Origin: Patescibacteria group bacterium
GTDB taxonomy: Bacteria; Patescibacteriota; Microgenomatia; JAMCZE01
NCBI GenBank assembly: GCA_023380635.1
Contig: JAMCRP010000001.1
Span: 341,200 to 405,199 of the forward strand
DNA: 64,000 bases
Direction: 5' to 3'
Positions 40,329-47,381 of this stretch are shown here, piece by piece (position 1 is the first letter of the stretch; every line of letters starts with the position of its first letter). The notes beneath the pieces are model-generated. The model was given only the letters and a program-made list of their open reading frames with translations, did no database searches and had not been told where the DNA came from. The translations under genes were made by a program, and so were the position numbers.

Positions 40329-40742
40329 TTATTCTTTGGTAATAAATTTTGTTTTTACTGATAGTTTGTGGCCGGCCCGGCGAATTGCTTCTTTAGCTGA
40401 TTCTTTGGAAATGCCACCCATTTCGAAAAGAATCAGTCCGGGTCTGACAGTCACCACATGTTCGGCCACCTCGCCCTTTCCCCCACCCTGGCGATGATCC
40501 AACGGCTGTTTGGAAATCGGTTTATCCGGAAATACCCGCATCCAAACCCGACCGCCCTTAGCCGTAAAGTGGGTCATGGCCTTGCGAGCTGACTCCAACT
40601 GGGCAGCACTCACCCAGCCGCGGGTTTCGGCCATAATAGCGTACTCGCCAAAAGCAATTGTGTTGCCTCGGCAAGCAAACCCAGCCATCTGACCCCGGAA
40701 GCCAGTGTGATGTTTTTCTCTTCTTGGTGCTAATAATGGCAT
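40329..40742 (-). CDS. rplP: 50S ribosomal protein L16
   Basis: FGEYAI, QLESAR, VWMRVFPDKP, GGGKG, LFEMGG. Confidence 0.98.
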   Translation of the reverse strand: MPLLAPRREKHHTGFRGQMAGFACRGNTIAFGEYAIMAETRGWVSAAQLESARKAMTHFTAKGGRVWMRVFPDKPISKQPLDHRQGGGKGEVAEHVVTVRPGLILFEMGGISKESAKEAIRRAGHKLSVKTKFITKE

Positions 40743-40748
40743 ATGTTT

Positions 40749-41417
40749 TTACTTATTTATCCAGACTTTAATTCCGATATACCCCGACCGGGTTCGTGCC
40801 GGAACGGAGGCAAAATCAATGTTTTCCTTAATTGAGCTAAACGGTAAAACTCCGGCCTGAACATGTTCCACCCGGGCAATCTCCGCGCCGTTAATCCGGC
40901 CCCCGAGCCGAATCCGAACACCTTTAGCCCCGGCCGCCATCACTTTTTCCAACGATTGTTTCAGAACTCTTTTAGCCGGCATTCTTTTAATCAGCTGATC
41001 AGCGATATTAACTCCCACCAGGTAGGCATCAAGGTTTGGTTCTTTAATCTGTTCAACTTTAATCTCCACTTTCGGCGCATTTTTTGTGTCCGAAGGACGC
41101 GAGCTTCGCTCATCGTTATCTTTAATGTGCAATAAATCTTTAGCCACGTATTTCTTCAGGTCTTCCAGGCCGGTTCCTCCGCGACCAATAACCACGCCGG
41201 GGCGGGAAACAAATAAGGTTAATCCCAAACGGTTAATCGACCTTTCAATCTCGACCCGGGAAATTCCGGCCGGACGCAACTTGGCCATTAGAGCCCGTCG
41301 GAGCTTTACGTCTTCAACCAAAAGGTCAGAATACCGACTCCGTGTCGCAAACCATCTTGAAGTCCAAGTGTAAACCGGACCAAGTCTAAAACCGATTGGA
41401 TGTATCTTGTTGCCCAT
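40749..41417 (-). CDS. rpsC: 30S ribosomal protein S3
   Basis: MGNKIHPIGFRLG, RPGVVIGRGG, GRINGAEIAR, GIKVWI. Confidence 0.99.
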   Translation of the reverse strand: MGNKIHPIGFRLGPVYTWTSRWFATRSRYSDLLVEDVKLRRALMAKLRPAGISRVEIERSINRLGLTLFVSRPGVVIGRGGTGLEDLKKYVAKDLLHIKDNDERSSRPSDTKNAPKVEIKVEQIKEPNLDAYLVGVNIADQLIKRMPAKRVLKQSLEKVMAAGAKGVRIRLGGRINGAEIARVEHVQAGVLPFSSIKENIDFASVPARTRSGYIGIKVWINK

Positions 41418-41418
41418 A

Positions 41419-41739
41419 TTAGTCGGTTAAAACTACTTTAATGTGGGATGCTTTTTTATTAATGACGCCTCCGCCAAATCTGGCTCCATGGCTGGTATCG
41501 CGTCTTTTCATTTTTATGCCCTCGTCCACCAGAATGTTTTTAACCATTAAATTTTCTTTCCCTTTGGCATTGGCTACAGCCGATTTAATTACTTTAGCAA
41601 TCGGCGTGGAAGCACTTTTTGCCAAAAACTGCAGTTTATTCATTGCCATCGTTGCCGGCATACCTTTGACCACCGATGCTACCAGTCGCGCTTTTCGCGG
41701 AGCAACTCGGATATTTTTAGCGGTAGCTGTAAATTCCAT
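41419..41739 (-). CDS. rplV: 50S ribosomal protein L22
   Basis: RVAPRKARLVA, KSAVANA, VDEG, SHIKVVL. Confidence 0.97.
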   Translation of the reverse strand: MEFTATAKNIRVAPRKARLVASVVKGMPATMAMNKLQFLAKSASTPIAKVIKSAVANAKGKENLMVKNILVDEGIKMKRRDTSHGARFGGGVINKKASHIKVVLTD

Positions 41740-41745
41740 AAGTTT

Positions 41746-42030
41746 TTAAGTTTTACTTAAGACTCGGGCAACCACTTTTCCGTGACCACGGAAAGTCCTC
41801 GTCGGAGCAAATTCTCCTAATCTGTGGCCTACCATAGCCTCGGTAACAAATACGGGAATGTGCACTCGACCATTATGGACACCAATGGTTACGCCGACAA
41901 ACTCCGGCGGAATCTGGCAATCTCTTGACCAGGTCTTAACCGGATTTTTATTTCCGGTATTTTTAGCCGCGATAACTTTGGCCAAAAGCTTCTGGTCAAT
42001 GTATGGTCCTTTTTTAGAACTTCTTGCCAT
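41746..42030 (-). CDS. rpsS: 30S ribosomal protein S19
   Basis: [27 protein letters not shown]. Confidence 0.99.
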   Translation of the reverse strand: MARSSKKGPYIDQKLLAKVIAAKNTGNKNPVKTWSRDCQIPPEFVGVTIGVHNGRVHIPVFVTEAMVGHRLGEFAPTRTFRGHGKVVARVLSKT

Positions 42031-42033
42031 AAA

Positions 42034-42861
42034 CTACTTACCCCTTCTAGAAATTATATATTTATCGCTCCATTTTCCGTGTTTACGGGTTTTTAGTCCG
42101 CGGGCCGGTTTGCCCCAGGGAGTCTTCGGCTGTTTTAAGCCTTCACCGGAGCGCCCTTCACCACCGCCATGCGGATGGGTCCGCGGGTTTTGGGCCGTTC
42201 CCCGGACTTCGGGACGACGACCCATGTGCCGGGATCTTCCCGCTTTACCGATAACCACATTTTTCCAGTCAACATTCCCCACGACACCAACAGTAGCAAA
42301 ATTAGTCTTGAAAACTTTACGGGTCTCACCAGACGGGAGCTTAATGGTAACATAATCGCCCTCTTTAGCCAAGAGGGTTGCTCCGGTACCGGCTCCCCGG
42401 ACAATTTGGCCGCCACGCCCCGCTGTCAGTTCAATGTTATGAACTACAGTTCCAATAGGCATCCGGTCCAAGGGCAACGCATTGCCCAGTTTGGCTTCAG
42501 CGTTTACTCCGGCGGTAATGATATCGTTAACTTTTAGTCCTTCCGCGTGCAAAATGTAGCGTTTTTCGCCGTCAGCATATTGAACCAGAGCAATATTAGC
42601 GCTGCGATTAGGATCATATTCGATAGAAATGACCCTTCCGGCTACATCCAGTTTATCCCGTTTAAAATCAATCACCCGGTAATATCTTTTCTCCCGGCCA
42701 CCATGATGGCGCGCTGAGACCCTGCCCCCCGCGTCCCGTCCGGATTTCTTCGGCAGAATTTCTACCAGAGTTTTTTCCGGCGCGGTGACCGTTAAAACCG
42801 CCCGGTTATCCAATCCGGTCATAAACCTTCGCGATAGTGTTCCGCTCATTTTCTTAAGCAT
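42034..42861 (-). CDS. rplB: 50S ribosomal protein L2
   Basis: YRVIDFKR, EYDPNRSANIAL, RPEVRG..NP..HPHGGGEG. Confidence 0.99.
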   Translation of the reverse strand: MLKKMSGTLSRRFMTGLDNRAVLTVTAPEKTLVEILPKKSGRDAGGRVSARHHGGREKRYYRVIDFKRDKLDVAGRVISIEYDPNRSANIALVQYADGEKRYILHAEGLKVNDIITAGVNAEAKLGNALPLDRMPIGTVVHNIELTAGRGGQIVRGAGTGATLLAKEGDYVTIKLPSGETRKVFKTNFATVGVVGNVDWKNVVIGKAGRSRHMGRRPEVRGTAQNPRTHPHGGGEGRSGEGLKQPKTPWGKPARGLKTRKHGKWSDKYIISRRGK

Positions 42862-43162
42862 GGCTTACCTCCTGTCCGGCTGTATCAAATAAATCAATTT
42901 TTTGTTCTTTAGGTAATTCCACGATCGCTTTTTTCCAGTCGGTTTTTCGGGAAACTTCCCGGGTTTTTCGTGACAGGGATGTTTTGCCTTTGACGGTAAT
43001 AGTTTTGACCGACAATGGCGTAACACTAAAAGCTTTGGTAATTTCGGCCAGGATTTGCGCTTTGTTGGCTTCTTTAGTCACGGCAAAAGTATAGCGGTTG
43101 ACTGCCGCATCTTTCATGGATTTTTCCGTGACTACCGGTCTTAATAAAATATTACTCTTCAT
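42854..43162 (-). CDS. rplW: 50S ribosomal protein L23
   Basis: RPVVTEKS, YTFAV...ANK, WKKAIV. Confidence 0.97.
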   Translation of the reverse strand: MKSNILLRPVVTEKSMKDAAVNRYTFAVTKEANKAQILAEITKAFSVTPLSVKTITVKGKTSLSRKTREVSRKTDWKKAIVELPKEQKIDLFDTAGQEVSHA

Positions 43163-43652
43163 AAATTTTCTCGGCTTTCATAACCTCATAAACGTTTAAC
43201 TGATTTTTTGGCATTATTGTTAGATTGGCAATGTTTCTTCCTGCCAGCCAAACCTTCGGGTTGTATTCTTTGGTAACCAGTAAGGTACTTTTCTTCGTGT
43301 CCAAGAGTTTCGCTAAAGTCTTCGTTTTACCATCGACTTTAGTTAAAGTTATTTTTTCCGCCTTTTTCAGTTTCAGCGCTTCTTCCAGAGCTTTCTGCTT
43401 CATTTGCTTAGACAATTTCAGGCTATAATCCCGCGGTTTAGGAGCAAAAGACACGCCGCCGCCAACAAAAATCGGAGCCTTCCGGTCGCCATGTCGCGCG
43501 CCGCCGGTGCCTTTTTGCTTATAAAGTTTTTTCCGGGTTCGATTTACTTCCGCCCGGGTTTTAGCATTTTGAGTCCCCTGCCTTTGGTTAGCTAGGTAAA
43601 CTCTAACTGCTTGCGCTATAAATTTCGCTGGGTTGTTTTTCTTTTCTGCCAT
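43152..43652 (-). CDS. rplD: 50S ribosomal protein L4 (short)
   Basis: [33 protein letters not shown]. Confidence 0.97.
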   Translation of the reverse strand: MAEKKNNPAKFIAQAVRVYLANQRQGTQNAKTRAEVNRTRKKLYKQKGTGGARHGDRKAPIFVGGGVSFAPKPRDYSLKLSKQMKQKALEEALKLKKAEKITLTKVDGKTKTLAKLLDTKKSTLLVTKEYNPKVWLAGRNIANLTIMPKNQLNVYEVMKAEKIYEE

Positions 43653-43656
43653 GTTT

Positions 43657-44169
43657 TTATTCTTTAGTAATTTTAATTAATCCGCCTTTGTTCCCCGGAA
43701 CAAGACCTCTTATTAAGAGTAAATTCTCTTCTGGTTTTACATCGAATATCTGTAAACCGGTCACGGTTCTTTGGACATTCCCCATGTGTCCGGCCATTCT
43801 TTTTCCGCGGTAAACTCTTCCCGGAGTAGTTGACTGGCCGATGGAACCCGGATGTCGGGCCCGCACCGACTGGCCATGAGTCTTCGGACCGCCATGAAAA
43901 TGATGGCGTTTCATCACCCCGGCAAAACCTTTACCCTTTGATATACCGGTAACTTTTACTTTATCTCCCGCAACAAAAACATCGGAGGCTTTTATTGGCT
44001 CTCCGACGGTTAAAGTTTCTCCGAGTTCCCGAGTGTATTTACCAACAGTCACCTGACGGGAATTTTTAATGGCTAGAGGCTCGGCCTTTATCATGGTAAC
44101 CGGCACGCGGAAGCCTTCCTTATCATAGGCTTGTGACTGTCCGACTTTAAAACCGTAAAAAGTGTCCAT
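43657..44169 (-). CDS. rplC: 50S ribosomal protein L3 (short)
   Basis: G.KVG.SQ, GISKGKGFAGVMKRH, PGSIG, GKRMAGHMG; probable start ATG 44169. Confidence 0.97.
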   Translation of the reverse strand: MDTFYGFKVGQSQAYDKEGFRVPVTMIKAEPLAIKNSRQVTVGKYTRELGETLTVGEPIKASDVFVAGDKVKVTGISKGKGFAGVMKRHHFHGGPKTHGQSVRARHPGSIGQSTTPGRVYRGKRMAGHMGNVQRTVTGLQIFDVKPEENLLLIRGLVPGNKGGLIKITKE

Positions 44170-44176
44170 AACCATC

Positions 44177-44203
44177 AAAAAAGCCCCGGACTAAGGGGGC
44201 TTT
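44177..44203 (-). terminator. Intrinsic-terminator-like hairpin between rpsJ and rplC
   Basis: AAAGCCCC-CTTAGTCC-GGGGCTTTTTT on the minus strand. Confidence 0.75.
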
Positions 44204-44277
44204 CAATTAGCTCCTCCCTACTTCCGACTACACTAGTTAGTGAGTTTAGGGCCTACTAACATTCAAATCCAATTTTA

Positions 44278-44586
44278 CTACATCTTGATCTCGATGTCCA
44301 CTCCGGCAGGAAGTTCGAGATGCATTAAGCTGTCGATGGTTTTGTCGGTGGGTTCAATGATGTCGATGAGGCGTTTGTGAGTTTTAATCCAGAAGTGTTC
44401 TTGGGAGTCTTTGTCGGTAAAGGGCGATTGGCCAACGGTGATATGGGAAGTTTCAGTTGGAAGAGGGATGGGACCCACAATGGAAGCGCCGGTCCTGATG
44501 GCGGCGTCTAAAATTTGCTGACAGGTCGAGTCCAAGACCCGACCATCATAAGCCTTTAACCGAACTCGAATTCGTCCTTTTGGCAT
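44278..44586 (-). CDS. rpsJ: 30S ribosomal protein S10
   Basis: [33 protein letters not shown]; start at ATG 44586. Confidence 0.98.
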   Translation of the reverse strand: MPKGRIRVRLKAYDGRVLDSTCQQILDAAIRTGASIVGPIPLPTETSHITVGQSPFTDKDSQEHFWIKTHKRLIDIIEPTDKTIDSLMHLELPAGVDIEIKM

Positions 44587-44626
44587 AAGGTTTTCCCTCC
44601 CGACCCCCAACCGTCAAGGTGCGACT

Positions 44627-44659
44627 AAAAAAGCGGGCACCGATTTGTGATGCCCGCTT
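44627..44659 (-). terminator. Intrinsic terminator after tuf
   Basis: AAGCGGGCATC-ACAAATC-GGTGCCCGCTTTTTT. Confidence 0.88.
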
Positions 44660-44673
44660 GGGACTTATCAAAA

Positions 44674-45861
44674 TTAGGCGATAATTTTTGTGACCACTCC
44701 GGATCCCACAGTCTTGCCGCCTTCGCGAATGGCAAAGCGCATCCCATCCTCCATGGCAACCGGTTGAATGAGCTTGATTTTCATCTTCGCGTTATCTCCC
44801 GGCATCACCATTTCCACACCCTGCTCCAAGGTGACTTCCCCGGTCACATCCGTGGTGCGGATGTAGAACTGCGGGCGATACCCGGAAAAGAACGGCGTGT
44901 GACGGCCACCTTCTTCTTTGGCCAGGATATATACCTGAGCCTCGAACTCCGTGTGCGGCGTCACTGAGCCCGGTTTGGCAATCACCTGACCGCGCTCCAC
45001 CTGGTCTTTTTCCACGCCGCGCAAAAGCAGTCCGACATTATCGCCGGCCTGGCCTTCATCCAACTGTTTGCGAAACATTTCGACCCCGGTAACGACGGTC
45101 TTTTGAGTCGCTTTCAGACCAACGATTTCCATTTCTTCGTTAACCTTGACGACACCACGCTCGATTCTTCCAGTCACGACCGTGCCGCGGCCTTTGATCG
45201 AGAAAACATCCTCCACCGGCATCAGGAATGGTTTATCCAGTTCCCGAACGGGAGTGGGAATGTAGCTGTCGACCGCATCCATTAGCTCCATGATGTGTTT
45301 TTCCTGTTCGGCATCACCTTCCAAGGCTTTGAGGGCCGAACCTCGAATGATCGGCGCTTTGTCGCCGTCAAAACCATATTTGGTTAACAGCTCCCTAACT
45401 TCGACCTCAACCAAATCGAGTAGTTCCGGATCCGACACCATGTCGACTTTGTTTAAGAAGACGACAATGGCCGGCACATTAACCTGCTTGGCCAACAGCA
45501 AGTGCTCCCGGGTTTGAGCCATCGGACCATCAGCGGCGGACACGACCAAAATCGCGCCGTCAACCTGAGCCGCGCCGGTGATCATGTTCTTGATGTAATC
45601 GGCATGGCCCGGCATATCAATGTGGGCATAGTGCCGTTTCTCGGTTTCATACTCAACATGGGTGATATTAATCGTGACGCCACGGGCTTTTTCTTCCGGA
45701 GCGTTATCGATTTGATCGTAGGCCAAAGCTTTCGCAAAGCCTTTCTTGGCCAAAACGGTCGTAATGGCTGAAGTTAAAGTGGTCTTACCGTGGTCGACAT
45801 GACCAATGGTCCCAATGTTAACATGGGGCTTGGAACGAGTGAATTTTGCGGCATCTGCCAT
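44674..45861 (-). CDS. tuf: Elongation factor Tu
   Basis: [32 protein letters not shown]. Confidence 0.99.
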   Translation of the reverse strand: MADAAKFTRSKPHVNIGTIGHVDHGKTTLTSAITTVLAKKGFAKALAYDQIDNAPEEKARGVTINITHVEYETEKRHYAHIDMPGHADYIKNMITGAAQVDGAILVVSAADGPMAQTREHLLLAKQVNVPAIVVFLNKVDMVSDPELLDLVEVEVRELLTKYGFDGDKAPIIRGSALKALEGDAEQEKHIMELMDAVDSYIPTPVRELDKPFLMPVEDVFSIKGRGTVVTGRIERGVVKVNEEMEIVGLKATQKTVVTGVEMFRKQLDEGQAGDNVGLLLRGVEKDQVERGQVIAKPGSVTPHTEFEAQVYILAKEEGGRHTPFFSGYRPQFYIRTTDVTGEVTLEQGVEMVMPGDNAKMKIKLIQPVAMEDGMRFAIREGGKTVGSGVVTKIIA

Positions 45862-45895
45862 ATTCTTTTAATTTATTAATTGATAAATAACTAAT

Positions 45896-45960
45896 AGAGC
45901 CAAAAGATGGCTCTCTTACGCGATTGTTACGATTTTAAAGCAGAGCTCAAACGATTGCAA
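45896..45960 (-). promoter_or_regulatory. Dedicated tuf promoter with leader hairpin
   Basis: TTGCAA (45960-45955), 17 nt, TAAAAT (45937-45932); hairpin AGAGCCA/TGGCTCT at 45896-45914. Confidence 0.75.
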
Positions 45961-45968
45961 TAGGGAAA

Positions 45969-46262
45969 CTAGCAGGCGAAGACTTTATTCTCCAACCGCT
46001 TTAGCCTTGGCAAAATGTTCTTATCTATTTCCGTGTTTGTAGCCGTAACCGCATCGAAAAGGGTATCAAAACCCTCGGTCATCTCCTTATGCAAACTGTC
46101 TATTTTTGTGTTTAACCTAATATCAACGTCAGTGATTTGCTGCTTGATACCATCTAACTCGCCATAGATGCCGACTATCTTTCTGTCGATAGGCACCAGT
46201 TTTTGGTCAATTAATTTCCCGATATTTTCTAGCGTAAGGTCGTTTTTCTTCGGAGACTTCAT
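45969..46262 (-). CDS. Hypothetical coiled-coil protein (97 aa)
   Basis: Heptad-like I/L/D/K pattern ending RLKRLE; within the fusA-tuf insertion. Confidence 0.7.
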   Translation of the reverse strand: MKSPKKNDLTLENIGKLIDQKLVPIDRKIVGIYGELDGIKQQITDVDIRLNTKIDSLHKEMTEGFDTLFDAVTATNTEIDKNILPRLKRLENKVFAC

Positions 46263-46373
46263 GTCATCATGATCTCACAACTTTTGCTTAAAAACAATCC
46301 ATCCAACTAAATTCTTATAATAGGATTACAAACACTTTACTTATTTGCTTCTGGCCTATAAACTGTAATAAAT

Positions 46374-46748
46374 ATGGCAACAAAGACACAAAAGATCGTA
46401 AAGGGAAAAGAAACCAACGTTAACGTATGGCTTGGTCTAATATTTTTTATTTCGATCGTCTACAAAATAATCGAGTCAAACCCCAGTGGCGCAATATCGG
46501 TAGTAGCGATTGGTATATCAGTAATCTGGAATTTAGTCAGCTCCCCAATTATTGTCTTAGCGATAATAGCTTCAATTTTCTTTGGAAACTGGCAAAACTG
46601 GTTTAAAACAGACATAGAAAAGGAGTACGACAAAGAGCAGATGGGTTGGCTGTTGAGTAAAATCGGAGATATTCTTAATTGGATATTTCTTCTTTATGGT
46701 ATTCAAATAGCGTTTATGATAATAAAAACGCTATGGAGACTAGCCTGA
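46374..46748 (+). CDS. Hypothetical integral membrane protein (124 aa)
   Basis: Three to four hydrophobic segments; AT-rich; TTTACT-17-TAAACT upstream; opposite to the operon strand. Confidence 0.75.
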   Translation: MATKTQKIVKGKETNVNVWLGLIFFISIVYKIIESNPSGAISVVAIGISVIWNLVSSPIIVLAIIASIFFGNWQNWFKTDIEKEYDKEQMGWLLSKIGDILNWIFLLYGIQIAFMIIKTLWRLA

Positions 46749-46855
46749 AATAGCTTCGATAATTCCCCCGGAATCCTAAAATTCTTGAAGCTCCGAAACT
46801 TTAGCTAACGGAACTTGACCATACTGATTTAATTGATATATAAGGAGGTGATTAT

Positions 46856-46993
46856 ATGGACGACCAAGAAAAAATAAAGACTTCGATAACGGATTCAGGT
46901 GGAAACATCGATCCGGACAAATTGGCTTACATGCTCTACATGATCCAAAAGGAGTTAAAAGATCTTAACAAGATAGCGAACGTTGAGAGGTGA
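46856..46993 (+). CDS. Small protein, 45 aa (MDDQEKIKTSITDSGGNIDPDKLAYMLYMIQKELKDLNKIANVER)
   Basis: Long SD TAAGGAGGTGAT at 46841-46852 just before ATG; TTGACC at 46815; below ORF-track cutoff. Confidence 0.7.
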   Translation: MDDQEKIKTSITDSGGNIDPDKLAYMLYMIQKELKDLNKIANVER

Positions 46994-47002
46994 GCTGTTC
47001 TT

Positions 47003-47223
47003 GGCAAATACCCGCAGGGAAAAGATCCTCTTTTTAGGGAGTAAGCATTAGTCTCGTTTTACCCAGATACCATTTTTTATGATATATGGGCCATCGACGG
47101 GGCTCTGGCTTACGACCATGAGCAAAATCCAAAATACCATACCTTTTCACCTCCTCTCGTAATTTTTAGTGGCTAACTGCCACCCTCCCCCGAGAGGGGT
47201 GCTTTCCCCTGCAGATTTTTACC
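47003..47223 (-). ncRNA. Putative structured RNA (5'-3' end-paired mRNA) enclosing the 30-aa ORF
   Basis: GGUAAAAAUCUGCAGGGGAAAG (47223-47202) pairs with CUUUUCCCUGCGGGUAUUUGCC (47024-47003) at 21 of 22 positions, 4 of them G-U, which pair only on the minus strand. Confidence 0.6.
47048..47140 (-). CDS. Small peptide, 30 aa (MVFWILLMVVSQSPVDGPYIIKNGIWVKRD)
   Basis: SD GAGGAGGTGA 6 nt before ATG; hydrophobic N-terminus, basic C-terminal part; below ORF-track cutoff. Confidence 0.6.
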   Translation of the reverse strand: MVFWILLMVVSQSPVDGPYIIKNGIWVKRD

Positions 47224-47244
47224 TGCAACTTTTCAAAGTGCAAT

Positions 47245-47271
47245 AAAAAAGCCAACCATAAAAGGTTGACT
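47245..47271 (-). terminator. Intrinsic-terminator-like hairpin downstream of fusA and the third CIRCE
   Basis: AGTCAACC-TTTTAT-GGTTGGC-TTTTTT on the minus strand (one G-U pair). Confidence 0.7.
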
Positions 47272-47284
47272 AAGTGGTTATATT

Positions 47285-47311
47285 TTGGCACTCTAACGGT
47301 TAGAGTGCAAG
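47285..47311. promoter_or_regulatory. Third CIRCE-like operator with embedded minus-strand promoter
   Basis: TTGGCACTC-N9-GAGTGCAAG; minus strand reads TTGCAC, 17 nt, TG-C-CAAAAT. Confidence 0.72.
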
Positions 47312-47381
47312 GCCAAAAATCGACGAAAAAAGAGCGAATTATTTAAGAATTACTTCTTCGCAACAATTTGTCAGTTGCTGG

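Noticed and set aside
46752-46792. Small hairpin after the 124-aa membrane gene
   Set aside because: 8-bp stem without a U-tract; too weak to call a terminator or RNA motif
47003-47223. tmRNA, RNase P RNA or SRP RNA identity for the structured element
   Set aside because: No tRNA-like ends, tag-peptide ending, RNase P P4 signature or SRP loop motif recognised; 6S RNA is not formally excluded without a covariance search
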